Shown in pieces: positions 47,193 to 57,149 of a stretch of DNA of 64,000 nt (positions are counted from its first letter, which is position 1; the number at the start of each line of letters is the position of its first letter). Location: assembly GCA_947504725.1 (NCBI GenBank), contig CANNHN010000004.1, forward strand, positions 135,203 to 199,202, in the 5' to 3' direction. This stretch comes from Bacteroidota bacterium. GTDB taxonomy: Bacteria; Bacteroidota; Bacteroidia; 2-12-FULL-35-15. Under the pieces are notes generated by a model. The model did no database searches. It was given only the letters and a program-made list of their open reading frames with translations, and was not told the DNA's origin. A program made the translations under genes and the position numbers.

Positions 47193-47645
47193 CTACAAAT
47201 CTCTTACGGAGTTGCTTTTCGGTTGTTGAATTCCTACAACTAAGTATGCGCAACCTTCTTTTCCCTTTTCAATAGGATAGATTTCAACAATTAAGTTTTG
47301 TGATGAATTTGAATAAAATATCCATGATTCAGGATCTTTCGAACCTGCGCTATTGTATATTTCCGTTTTATATTCATCTAAAATTCTAAAAGTTACTTTG
47401 CCTAAAGTTGCTTCAGAACCAATTTGAAACTTGTAGTTTAATCCTTTGTATATAGATAAGTGGATTTCTGAAGGCTCGTCTAGAATAACAGTAACGGTAT
47501 TCACTTTTCCGTTATGCATAAAAGGGGTTAGTTTATTAATTCCATTTTTTGCTGCTGCACATTGAGCATTTGCATTTGTTGTAAAAGCAAAGAGCACTAT
47601 TAAAATTGCAACAATTGATTTTATAATTTGAATAGATAATTTCAT
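47193..47645 (-). CDS. Hypothetical secreted protein
   Basis: Signal peptide (..TNANAQ). 150 aa. Confidence 0.4.
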   Translation of the reverse strand: MKLSIQIIKSIVAILIVLFAFTTNANAQCAAAKNGINKLTPFMHNGKVNTVTVILDEPSEIHLSIYKGLNYKFQIGSEATLGKVTFRILDEYKTEIYNSAGSKDPESWIFYSNSSQNLIVEIYPIEKGKEGCAYLVVGIQQPKSNSVRDL

Positions 47646-47657
47646 GGTTGAAAAATA

Positions 47658-48530
47658 TTAGAGAGTGATTTTATTTCTAAGAACAGTTACTTTTTCTAAA
47701 ATAGCTTTAAGTTGCTCTTTAGTTAATTTATAAGATGTATTATTTCCTACACTAATAATGTCTTTGTCAGAAACTACTGGTTGGTCTTGTGTTGCATTAA
47801 CACTTTCGTAAATAGTAGCAATTCCTTTCATGTCAATTAGTAGTGAATTAATCTCTTCATCTGATTTAAATTGATCAAGCATGTTTATTAGATTTGTCAA
47901 AACTATTTTTTGATCACCCACTAAGCCCACGATATCTTCTTTTTGAGTTTTTTCAGCAATAGAAGTTACGATGTACATCGCTTCAATCCATCCTCCTGCT
48001 GCTATTGATGAAGTAGCTGTGTTTCTTTGATTATCTTTTAAGTATTGTTCAGCATTTATTCCTACTTCAGTAACAATAGCCATTAAGGAATCTAGATTAT
48101 TACTATTTGATTGAAGCCTTTTATTTACTGCAACACCATAACTACCATCAATACTTAACGCATTTGTTAATTCATTGATGCTTTTCAAATAAGCATTAAA
48201 ATCCTGACTTTGTTTGTACAAATAGCAGAATGACAAATCTGTAGAATAAACGCCTAAGTTTACTGCTTTTGAAAAGCTAGAAAAGTATTTCGGCATTTTA
48301 TCTGTCGAATTAAGGACTGTTTTGTCAAAAGCAGAACCAGACATCTTAAGTATCGTAAACGTTTCTAAAGGAGAAGGGATATTGTAAAAAACGACACTTT
48401 TTGAAGTGTCAATATCCGTTTTTACGATTGTAGAATCGTTAGCGTTTTCTGTTGGTTTTTCAGATCCCCCACAACCGATTAAGCTTAAAGAAGCTATAAA
48501 TAGTGGAATATACTTCGTTAGTCGAATCAT
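47658..48530 (-). CDS. Hypothetical lipoprotein
   Basis: Lipobox LIGCGGS. 290 aa. Confidence 0.4.
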   Translation of the reverse strand: MIRLTKYIPLFIASLSLIGCGGSEKPTENANDSTIVKTDIDTSKSVVFYNIPSPLETFTILKMSGSAFDKTVLNSTDKMPKYFSSFSKAVNLGVYSTDLSFCYLYKQSQDFNAYLKSINELTNALSIDGSYGVAVNKRLQSNSNNLDSLMAIVTEVGINAEQYLKDNQRNTATSSIAAGGWIEAMYIVTSIAEKTQKEDIVGLVGDQKIVLTNLINMLDQFKSDEEINSLLIDMKGIATIYESVNATQDQPVVSDKDIISVGNNTSYKLTKEQLKAILEKVTVLRNKITL

Positions 48531-48678
48531 TTGAAAAGTAGTTTATTTGATTTGTTTAATTCATTTGTAACAAAACTAATATTTTTATTGTAATGTCGAA
48601 ATTATTTTAGTGTTTTCCTCTTCTTTGGCCAATTTATGGGTCATTTTTTCGTTTCTTCTAATTGATTACCTTTATAAG

Positions 48679-50454
48679 ATGCATTTTTTAAGTTTTATTG
48701 TAAACATATTTATCCCAAAGCATTTGAAAAGCATTTTTTCATTGCTTTGCTTTTTATTTATCTTTTCATCCTATTTTGCTCAAAAAAATTACACTTTAGA
48801 TGTTCAATCAGTTAAGGGCGCTACACTTTTAAAAAAAATCACCTATAAAAAACAATTCCTTACACTTTCTGAAAGAGATAAGGAGCTTCAAAGCGTTTTA
48901 TTTACTTGTTTCGATAATGCTTATTTAGCTGCTTCATATGATAGTGTTATAATGGATTCACTCTCAATGAAAGTGTTTTTAAATTTTGGTGAGCAATACA
49001 AATGGGCTAATCTTACAAAAGGCAATGTTGACGAAGGAGTATTGAGTGAGATTGGTTTTCGAGAAAAATTGTATTCGAATAAACCTGTTTCATACAAAAA
49101 TGTAAAACGTGTACAAGAAAAGCTAATTACCTATTATGAAAACAATGGTTATCCTTTCGCCTCTGTTAAGCTTGATAGTATTGTAATAAAGGAAGGAAGC
49201 ATCGCTGCTGTTTTAAAATTAATAAAAAATTCAGAAATTAAAATTGATAGTGTTCTTATTAAAGGCACTGCTCAAATCGCTCCAATATACATCTACAATT
49301 ATTTAGGAATCAAACCAGGAAACTTATATGATGAATCACAGCTGAAGAAAGTAAATACACGAATTGCCGAGTTGCCTTTTTTAAAATCGTCTAAGCCAGT
49401 ATCTGTTACTTTTACCGATAAGTACAACAAGTTGATTTTGAATATCGAGAAAAAACGTGCTAGTCAGTTTGATGGTGTAATTGGAATTTTGCCAGATAAT
49501 ATTACAGGTAAAATATTGTTTACTGGTGATGTTCGATTGAAATTGCAAAATGGATTGGGTAGAGGTGAATTAATAGATTTGAATTGGAGAAGATTGCAAA
49601 CACAAACTCAAGATTTGAAAGCTAGATTGGTTTACCCTTTTATATTCCGTACTCCATTTGGATTGGATTATAATTTTAAATTGTATAAAAAAGATACCAC
49701 ATTTTTAGATGTAAATCAAAATATAGGAGTTCAATATTTGTTGATCGGAGGGAATTATTTAAAAATCTTTTACAATAACAAAACATCTACTTTGCTATCT
49801 ACAAAAGGGTTGGAATATGTTACTTCTTTGCCTGCAAACGCTGATGTTAGTACAAATATGTATGGTTTGGGATTGAAGTTTGAAAAATTAGATTATCGTT
49901 TAAATCCCAGAAGAGGATTTAGTTTTTCTGTTAATGCAAGTGCCGGTACAAAAAAAATCAAAAAAAATGATAAATTAAATCCTGTTATATATGAAAAAAT
50001 AAAATTGTCTTCAGCACTTTATAATGCAGATTTTGATGGAAGTATTTTTTTACCAATAGCTGAAAGAAGTGCAATAAAAATTGGTGCACAGGCTGCTTTT
50101 ATTTATGGGGAATCAACTTTTCAAAATGAACTTTATAGAATAGGCGGTTTAAAAACATTGAGAGGTTTTGATGAAGAATCTATTTATGCCTCAACGTTTT
50201 CAATTCTTACACTAGAATATAGATTTATTTTGGAACAGAATTCCTATTTATATGTTTTTGGTGATGGTGCATGGTATGAAAACAATGAAGTTGCGAAGTA
50301 TATTAACGATACTCCTCTTGGTTTCGGAGCGGGTATTAGTTTTGAGACAAAAGCAGGAGTGTTTTCAATTAATTATGCTTTAGGTAAGCAGTTTAGTAAT
50401 CCAATTCAACTTAGAAGTGGCAAAATCCACTTCGGGATTGTAAATTATTTTTAA
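48679..50454 (+). CDS. POTRA-domain outer-membrane beta-barrel protein (BamA/TamA or ShlB/FhaC-like)
   Basis: Signal peptide, a POTRA-like segment (VKRVQEKLITYYENNGYPFASVKLD) and a C-terminal barrel ending ..IVNYF. I chose the ATG at 48679 over the GTG at 48610. Confidence 0.5.
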   Translation: MHFLSFIVNIFIPKHLKSIFSLLCFLFIFSSYFAQKNYTLDVQSVKGATLLKKITYKKQFLTLSERDKELQSVLFTCFDNAYLAASYDSVIMDSLSMKVFLNFGEQYKWANLTKGNVDEGVLSEIGFREKLYSNKPVSYKNVKRVQEKLITYYENNGYPFASVKLDSIVIKEGSIAAVLKLIKNSEIKIDSVLIKGTAQIAPIYIYNYLGIKPGNLYDESQLKKVNTRIAELPFLKSSKPVSVTFTDKYNKLILNIEKKRASQFDGVIGILPDNITGKILFTGDVRLKLQNGLGRGELIDLNWRRLQTQTQDLKARLVYPFIFRTPFGLDYNFKLYKKDTTFLDVNQNIGVQYLLIGGNYLKIFYNNKTSTLLSTKGLEYVTSLPANADVSTNMYGLGLKFEKLDYRLNPRRGFSFSVNASAGTKKIKKNDKLNPVIYEKIKLSSALYNADFDGSIFLPIAERSAIKIGAQAAFIYGESTFQNELYRIGGLKTLRGFDEESIYASTFSILTLEYRFILEQNSYLYVFGDGAWYENNEVAKYINDTPLGFGAGISFETKAGVFSINYALGKQFSNPIQLRSGKIHFGIVNYF

Positions 50455-50458
50455 AAAT

Positions 50459-51235
50459 ATGAAAAGAAAAATTATTATTTCGTTGGTTGTTATTTTAACT
50501 TTTATCCTTCTCCGAAATATTAAATATGTATATGGTTATTGTGTTTTTGGAAAAGAAGCGTGGGATGTCATGGATTTTCACCTGAAGGTTTCCATTCTCA
50601 ATTATTCAATTATTACAATTGTCCTAATTGTAACGACTCTGCTTTTTAGAAAAAGTCCATTTGAAATATTAGGATTAAAAAAAGATATTTTAAAAGGAAT
50701 GTTATTTGGCTTTTTGTTTACGCTTCCAATGTTTATTGGTTACGGATATGCATCTGGTTTTAAAACGGATGTTACTTTAGGCGATTTTCATTTCGATATG
50801 GTATTAGCTGGATTTTTTGAAGAGTTTTTCTATCGAGGATTTTTGTTTGGCATTTTGTACTATTATGCTGGTTGGGGCTTTATTGCTGCAGTTTTAATTC
50901 CGTCTATGTTCTTTGGAATCGGACATTTGTATCAAGCTGAGACTCTTTCAGATGGCATTTCTGTATTTTTGTTCACAGCTTTGGGTGGAGCCGGTTTTGC
51001 TTGGTTTTATTTGGCTTGGAGAAGTTTGTGGATGGTCGTCTTTCTTCATGGATTTATGGATCTAGCTTGGGATATGTTTTCTATACAAACGAATGTTACT
51101 GGTAATTTGAACGCTAACATTTTCCGTTTTGCTACCTTGGGATTGGCAATTTATTTCTCTATTAAAAAGGCAAAGTCGGAAAACAACTATTCTCTGAAAG
51201 GCAAATTGTGGCTGAACAAGGAGACGCTACTATAA
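50459..51235 (+). CDS. CPBP-family intramembrane metalloprotease (CAAX protease/Abi)
   Basis: Motifs EEFFYRGFLFG and FGIGHLYQ in a polytopic membrane protein. Confidence 0.6.
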   Translation: MKRKIIISLVVILTFILLRNIKYVYGYCVFGKEAWDVMDFHLKVSILNYSIITIVLIVTTLLFRKSPFEILGLKKDILKGMLFGFLFTLPMFIGYGYASGFKTDVTLGDFHFDMVLAGFFEEFFYRGFLFGILYYYAGWGFIAAVLIPSMFFGIGHLYQAETLSDGISVFLFTALGGAGFAWFYLAWRSLWMVVFLHGFMDLAWDMFSIQTNVTGNLNANIFRFATLGLAIYFSIKKAKSENNYSLKGKLWLNKETLL

Positions 51236-51314
51236 GTTCGATTTTGTTCAAAAACTTCCCCTCAACCAAGCGAAAAATTGCTTAAATTAGCCTTTCACAT
51301 TTGCGAAAGATTAC

Positions 51315-52670
51315 ATGAATTTTTTATTTTTAATAATAGGACTGATTTTAGGTTTCGGACTTGCATATTTGTTTTTAAAAGGAAAACAAACTGGATCTTC
51401 TGATACTATTGTATTGGATTCTAAAATTATTGGCTTGGAAAAGGATTTGTCATTTGCTGAAAAAGAAAAACAACGAATTTTCATAGAGAAAGAACAATTC
51501 AATTCAGAATTAAATATCGAAAGAGATAAACTTTCCAAAGCAGAAAATCGAATTGCTAGAGCCGAAGAAATTTTTAAATCTCAAGAAGAAAAATTCAATA
51601 CACTTAAATCGGAGTTAGAAAATGTTCACAAAAAATATTCTGCCGAATTTGAAGTGATTGCAAATAAGATTCTAGATGAAAAATCTATAAAATTTACGGA
51701 GCAGAATAAAACCAATATGGATATTATCTTGAATCCATTGAAAGATAATATCAAACGTTTTGAAGAGCAGGTTCAAAAGTCTTATAAAACAGAGTCGGAT
51801 GAACGCATTACTCTTAAAACTGAAATCAAAAATTTGGTCGACTTAAATAAGCAAATAAGTGAGGAAGCGAATAATCTGACAAAGGCTTTAAAGGGAGAAA
51901 ATAAAACACAAGGAAATTGGGGTGAACTTATTTTGGAGAAAGTTTTAGAGCGCTCTGGTTTGGTTAAGGATCAGGAATACAGACTTCAATATAGCACCAA
52001 CAACGATGATGGCAAGCGTATTCAGCCGGATGCAGTTATTATGTTGCCAGATAATAAGCATATTATTGTTGATGCTAAAGTGTCTCTCGTTGCCTATGAA
52101 GCATTGGTGAATTCTTCTTCTGAAGAAGAGCGATTGAGCTTAACGAAAGACCATCTATTATCTGTTCGCACACATGTTAAATCATTGAGTGAAAAAAATT
52201 ATCCTACCTCTGCTGATTTTAATACTCCTGATTTTGTATTGTTGTTTATTCCGATAGAATCATCTTTTAGTGTCGCTGTGCAAGCTGATCAGGAATTATT
52301 TAATTTTGCTTGGGATAAAAAAATTGTAATCGTTAGTCCGTCTACATTATTGGCAACACTTCGCACAATTGCATCCGTTTGGAAGCAAGAAAGACAAACA
52401 AAAAATGCAATTGAAATTGCAAAACAAAGTGGCGCTTTGTATGATAAGTTTGTTGGGTTTGTGGAAGATATGGATAAGATTGGTAAAAGTATTGATGCTT
52501 CAAATACGGCTTATGAAAATGCGATTAATAAACTACACAAAGGAAGTGGAAACTTGGTGAAACGTGCTCAAGATATTGAAAAGTTAGGTGCAAAAACATC
52601 TAAACAGATTTCTTCTAAGTTTATTGAAAACAACGAAGCATCACAACTAACAGAAGGTTCAGAAGCGTAA
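51315..52670 (+). CDS. rmuC: DNA recombination protein RmuC
   Basis: N-terminal TM segment, a long coiled coil and the RmuC C-terminal nuclease-like domain. 451 aa. Confidence 0.8.
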   Translation: MNFLFLIIGLILGFGLAYLFLKGKQTGSSDTIVLDSKIIGLEKDLSFAEKEKQRIFIEKEQFNSELNIERDKLSKAENRIARAEEIFKSQEEKFNTLKSELENVHKKYSAEFEVIANKILDEKSIKFTEQNKTNMDIILNPLKDNIKRFEEQVQKSYKTESDERITLKTEIKNLVDLNKQISEEANNLTKALKGENKTQGNWGELILEKVLERSGLVKDQEYRLQYSTNNDDGKRIQPDAVIMLPDNKHIIVDAKVSLVAYEALVNSSSEEERLSLTKDHLLSVRTHVKSLSEKNYPTSADFNTPDFVLLFIPIESSFSVAVQADQELFNFAWDKKIVIVSPSTLLATLRTIASVWKQERQTKNAIEIAKQSGALYDKFVGFVEDMDKIGKSIDASNTAYENAINKLHKGSGNLVKRAQDIEKLGAKTSKQISSKFIENNEASQLTEGSEA

Positions 52671-53938
52671 TGAAACAGAACTATTTATATATATTGTTTT
52701 TGTTGCTGTTCGTTGCTTGTGGCACATCCAAGAAAGCAGAAAGCAATAAAACTGTACCTACTACTTACAAGCACGACTCAAACACGATTCATCCTGAATT
52801 TGCTTTGTTTCATGTGACTGATAATATTACTGAATTACATTACAAGATTAATAGTAAAGAATTGCTTTATACGCGACCAGATGGAATCAATTTCTATACC
52901 AATGTATTAATCTCTTATAGGTTATATACTAACTTCGATTCGAAGGATGTAGTCGATAGTGCTTCTGTTCGTCTGGTGGACATGAATAACGATAACTCAG
53001 ATAAAATTTTAATTGGTAAAATGAATGTGCAAGCAGTTACGCCAAGAAGTTACTATTTGCGAATAAATATTACAGATTTGAATAGAAATATTAGTGTTGC
53101 TACGGGAATTGAAATTGATAAAAGCAATGATTTAAATCGTCAAAATTTTTTAGTGAAGTCGAAAGTTGATGATGTCCCTCTTTTTCATAATTATTTTAAA
53201 TTGAATGAGCAGTTGGTCATTAATTATAAAGCAAAAATGGGAGTAACTCTTTTTGTAAGATATTACAATCGTAATTTCCCTTTAGCTGCACCTCCATTCT
53301 CTGTTGCTGAGCCTAGACCTTTTCAATATAAAGCAGATAGTCTTTTTACTATTCAATTGGATCAAAATGGAGTTGCAAATTTTTCAACTGATAAAAAAGG
53401 TTTTTATCACTTTCAATTGGACACTTCAAAAAGGACAGGTTTAACATTGTTTAATTTTTCAGAAACATTTCCAGAAATAAAAAAAGCACAAGATCTTGTT
53501 CCTCCTCTAAGATTTATCACTTCTAAACAAGAGTATGATGAGCTTTCAGCCAGTACAAACCCAAAAGCGGCTGTCGAAAAATTTTGGCTGAATTGTACAG
53601 GAAATCAAGATAGAGCAAAAGAGATTATTCGTAAATATTATAATAGAGAAAAAGATGCAAATTTATTTTTCTCATCATATGTTGAAGGTTGGAAAACGGA
53701 TAGAGGAATGATTTATTTGATTTATGGGGCTCCTAACGTTATTTATCGAACTGCTTATGCAGAAACCTGGACTTATGGTGAAGCAAATAATATTAATTCA
53801 TTAAGCTATTCTTTTTCAAAAGTAGATAATCCGTTTTCTGACAATGATTATATTTTAGATCGCTCAGCAGTTTACAAGCAGAACTGGGGTATAGCGGTAG
53901 ACATTTGGCGCCAAGGAAGAACTTATTTACAAGACTAG
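52670..53938 (+). CDS. GWxTD-domain protein
   Basis: C-terminal ..IYLIYGAPNVIYRTAYAETWTYGE... GWxTD-type signature. The start overlaps the rmuC stop (TAATG). Confidence 0.6.
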   Translation: MKQNYLYILFLLLFVACGTSKKAESNKTVPTTYKHDSNTIHPEFALFHVTDNITELHYKINSKELLYTRPDGINFYTNVLISYRLYTNFDSKDVVDSASVRLVDMNNDNSDKILIGKMNVQAVTPRSYYLRINITDLNRNISVATGIEIDKSNDLNRQNFLVKSKVDDVPLFHNYFKLNEQLVINYKAKMGVTLFVRYYNRNFPLAAPPFSVAEPRPFQYKADSLFTIQLDQNGVANFSTDKKGFYHFQLDTSKRTGLTLFNFSETFPEIKKAQDLVPPLRFITSKQEYDELSASTNPKAAVEKFWLNCTGNQDRAKEIIRKYYNREKDANLFFSSYVEGWKTDRGMIYLIYGAPNVIYRTAYAETWTYGEANNINSLSYSFSKVDNPFSDNDYILDRSAVYKQNWGIAVDIWRQGRTYLQD

Positions 53939-53987
53939 TATTCGGGTTGTGCTCATATTGACAATTTAGTTTTAATATATTTAAATT

Positions 53988-54749
53988 ATGCAAACAAAAG
54001 AACAAAAGAAAGAAGAAGAAAGTTTAATTTTTGGATTACGTCCGATTATCGAAACGATTAATGCAGGGAAAGAAATTGATAAACTATTCGTTCAAAGCGG
54101 ATTAAAAAGCGAATTGGTGAGTCAGTTAATGGGGTTACTAAAACAACGCAATATCCCATTTCAATATGTTCCAGTTGACAAGTTGAATCGTCTTACTTCC
54201 AAAAATCATCAAGGAGTAGTTGGTTACATTTCATCAATTAGTTATCATAAAATTGCAGATGTTTTACCAGGAGTTTTTGAAGAAGGCAAAGTACCTTTGT
54301 TGCTTATTTTAGATAGAATCACTGACGTTCGTAATTTCGGTGCAATAGCCCGTACTGCCGAGTGTTCGGGTGTGCAGGCGATTATTATCCCATCTCGTGG
54401 TAGTGCTCAAATAAATGCGGATGCAATTAAAACCTCAACTGGCGCCTTGCAAAAAATTCCAGTTTGTAAAGAAGAAAATTTAAAAACGACAATCGATTAT
54501 TTAAAAGAATGTGGTTTGCAAATTATTGCTTGTACAGAAAAAACAACTGACTATTATTTCCAAATTGATTTTACTGTTCCTACTGCAATCATAATGGGTT
54601 CTGAAGAAGATGGTATCTTAAATGAATATCTTCAAAAGTCGGATGGTAAAGCGAAAATTCCTTTGATGGGTGAAATAGGTTCGTTGAATGTTTCTGTTGC
54701 AGCAGGTATTATTTTATACGAAGCAGTTAGCCAACGTTTAGTTCATTAA
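53988..54749 (+). CDS. rlmB: 23S rRNA (guanosine-2'-O)-methyltransferase RlmB (SpoU family)
   Basis: SpoU motifs ..LLLILDRITDVRNFGAIARTAE.. and ..IPLMGEIGSLNVSVAAGIILYE. Confidence 0.8.
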   Translation: MQTKEQKKEEESLIFGLRPIIETINAGKEIDKLFVQSGLKSELVSQLMGLLKQRNIPFQYVPVDKLNRLTSKNHQGVVGYISSISYHKIADVLPGVFEEGKVPLLLILDRITDVRNFGAIARTAECSGVQAIIIPSRGSAQINADAIKTSTGALQKIPVCKEENLKTTIDYLKECGLQIIACTEKTTDYYFQIDFTVPTAIIMGSEEDGILNEYLQKSDGKAKIPLMGEIGSLNVSVAAGIILYEAVSQRLVH

Positions 54750-54750
54750 G

Positions 54751-56163
54751 ATGAATTTTTCTGAAAGAAAATATTTTCCGTTTATTGTACTGTTTATAGC
54801 TGTATTCATTTCTAGAGTTCCTTTTTTATCTGCAGGTTATGGTGTAGAAGAAGATTCTTGGGGGATTGCTTTGGCTGGTTTTAATACATATTTCACCCAC
54901 ATTTACGAACCGTCTAGATTTCCTGGACATCCAGTTCATGAGTTTATTTATTCTGCTTTTTGGGGCCTGCCTCCATTTTTTTACAATGCTTCTAGCGCTT
55001 TTTTTAGTGCAATTGCTGTAGTCTCTTTCGCTCTCATTTTAAAAGAATTAAAATTCAAACATTTTTTTATCGCAGCATTAGCGTTAGCATTCACTCCCGT
55101 TTTTTATATTAGCTCCACATACACGATTGATTTCATCTGGACCATCGCATTTATTCTGATTAGTTTTTATGCGCTTTTGAAAAATCAATTTGTGTTTTGT
55201 GGAATTTTTCTTGGATTAGCTATCGGATGTAGAATTACAAGTGGTGCTATGTTGTTTCCCTTTTTAATTATTTTCTGGGAGAAGAATGCTGTTAATGAGA
55301 ATATTAAAAATGGTCTAAAAGTTCTGCTCTCTTTAATTGTTGTGATTTTTATTTCTTATTTACCGCTCATCAATCAGTTTGGTCTCTCGTTTTTTATGTA
55401 TTACGACCAATTTCCTTATCCATCTATGGCTAAAGTGTTTTACAAAATGATTCCGGGAGTGTTTGGTTTTCTTGGTGTTATGGCACTTGGGGTTTGTATT
55501 GTTTTAGCTTTTATTTATAGGAAGAAGATTGTAAGAGGTGAGTTGTTTGAAAATGGTCTTAATAAAAAAATTATTATTAGCAGTTTTGTTGTAATTGTTT
55601 TATTTACGTTATCTTATTTTCGTTTACCTCAGAAATCTGGATACATGATTACAATTATTCCATTTCTGATACTACTTTTAGGATATTATTTAAATAGTAA
55701 ACTGTTCAATTTTCTGTGTTCCGCTTTGATTGTTTCCTCATTTCTTTTTTCCATAAACCTTACAGATAAATTAAGAGGTGCTTCTTATTCACGATTGGCT
55801 ATGATTTTTAATGTATCCGGCCAGGAATTGTTTTTAGATCCTATTTCAGGACCAATATTTTCTGACTATTCCAAAAGATTGCAGAAGATGAAATATACAG
55901 ATGAAGTGATTGATATGACAAGTCATGTAAATACAAAGACAGTTGTAATTGCCGGCTGGTGGTACAACGAAATTATGGTGACAATCATTTCTAGTAACAA
56001 TACGAAAAACAGTTTCGTCCGTTTTGAATCTTATATCGATTCTGAAAAAATGAAAGATTATATTACTGATGGATACGTGATAAAATATTTACCAGAACAA
56101 AATATTTATAACGATCAAATGTTTAAAATGGATTTTACTGATAAAGTTGCAACTGAATTTTAG
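54751..56163 (+). CDS. Polytopic membrane protein, possibly a GT39/ArnT-like glycosyltransferase
   Basis: Approximately 11 TM helices followed by a soluble C-terminal domain. Weak family assignment. Confidence 0.4.
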   Translation: MNFSERKYFPFIVLFIAVFISRVPFLSAGYGVEEDSWGIALAGFNTYFTHIYEPSRFPGHPVHEFIYSAFWGLPPFFYNASSAFFSAIAVVSFALILKELKFKHFFIAALALAFTPVFYISSTYTIDFIWTIAFILISFYALLKNQFVFCGIFLGLAIGCRITSGAMLFPFLIIFWEKNAVNENIKNGLKVLLSLIVVIFISYLPLINQFGLSFFMYYDQFPYPSMAKVFYKMIPGVFGFLGVMALGVCIVLAFIYRKKIVRGELFENGLNKKIIISSFVVIVLFTLSYFRLPQKSGYMITIIPFLILLLGYYLNSKLFNFLCSALIVSSFLFSINLTDKLRGASYSRLAMIFNVSGQELFLDPISGPIFSDYSKRLQKMKYTDEVIDMTSHVNTKTVVIAGWWYNEIMVTIISSNNTKNSFVRFESYIDSEKMKDYITDGYVIKYLPEQNIYNDQMFKMDFTDKVATEF

Positions 56164-56246
56164 GTTGATAAGTTTTATATTTCTAAAAGCCATATTAATA
56201 ATATTTTAACTAATTTTCGGATATAATTATTTAATCTATTTCTCAA

Positions 56247-56636
56247 ATGCCGACAATCGAACAAACTTATGAAATGAATGCTTCACCCGAAGAAGTGTTT
56301 GAAGCATTAGTAAATGCCGACATTATCCAGGATTGGAGTGGTGACGAAGCAAAGATGAGCCCTGAAGTAGGTGCTAAATTTTCACTTTGGGGCGGACAAA
56401 TGTTTGGTACAAATCTCGAAGTGGTGAAAAATAAAAAGTTGGTTCAGGAATGGTGTTACGACCAATGGGAAGCTCCATCAAAAGTTACTTTTACTATCAA
56501 AGGGAAAGGTAAAAAAACAACAGTAGATTTATTGCACGAAGATGTTCCAGAAAAATCAGTGAATAGTATTACTGATGGTTGGAATGCTTATTATCTTGGT
56601 GCTATTCAAGAAATGTTTGATGAGTCAAATTCATAA
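56247..56636 (+). CDS. SRPBCC/AHSA1-domain protein
   Basis: 129-aa soluble protein with an AHSA1-like pattern (..VFEAL.....W.G..). Confidence 0.5.
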   Translation: MPTIEQTYEMNASPEEVFEALVNADIIQDWSGDEAKMSPEVGAKFSLWGGQMFGTNLEVVKNKKLVQEWCYDQWEAPSKVTFTIKGKGKKTTVDLLHEDVPEKSVNSITDGWNAYYLGAIQEMFDESNS

Positions 56637-57095
56637 ATGAATAAATTATTTATCCTTTTAGTTTGTCTGTTTTTAATCTCATGTAGTGAAAGTAAAACTA
56701 CTATTTCGAATTTTGCATGGCTGGAAGGAAAGTGGGAAGGAACTTCTGATAAAATGATTTTTTTTGAAGAATGGAATTCCCTGAATGCGTATACTATGAT
56801 TGGAAAAGGTGGGGCAATTTCTGGCAAGGACACTGTTTTTTCTGAAAACATTAAAATTGAGCAACGAGGAGAAGAAGTTTATTACATTCCAAGTGTGAAA
56901 GAAAATGACGGTGAAGTCGATTTTAAATTTTCCGGATTTAAAAAGGATAGTATTGTTTTTGAAAATCTGAAGCATGATTTCCCTCAAAGAATTGTTTATT
57001 TTCGACTCCCTCACAATAAACTATATGCTTGTATAGATGGCTTAAACGCTGGGAAGTACGAGAGAATTGAGTTTTCCTACGAAAAGACAAAATAG
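56637..57095 (+). CDS. DUF6265-like lipoprotein
   Basis: Lipobox LISCSES followed by the WLEGKWEG motif. Confidence 0.45.
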   Translation: MNKLFILLVCLFLISCSESKTTISNFAWLEGKWEGTSDKMIFFEEWNSLNAYTMIGKGGAISGKDTVFSENIKIEQRGEEVYYIPSVKENDGEVDFKFSGFKKDSIVFENLKHDFPQRIVYFRLPHNKLYACIDGLNAGKYERIEFSYEKTK

Positions 57096-57149
57096 CCGAA
57101 TTAGGTTATTTCCCAGCATTTTCTTAAATTTAGTATCAAATTTTACAAC

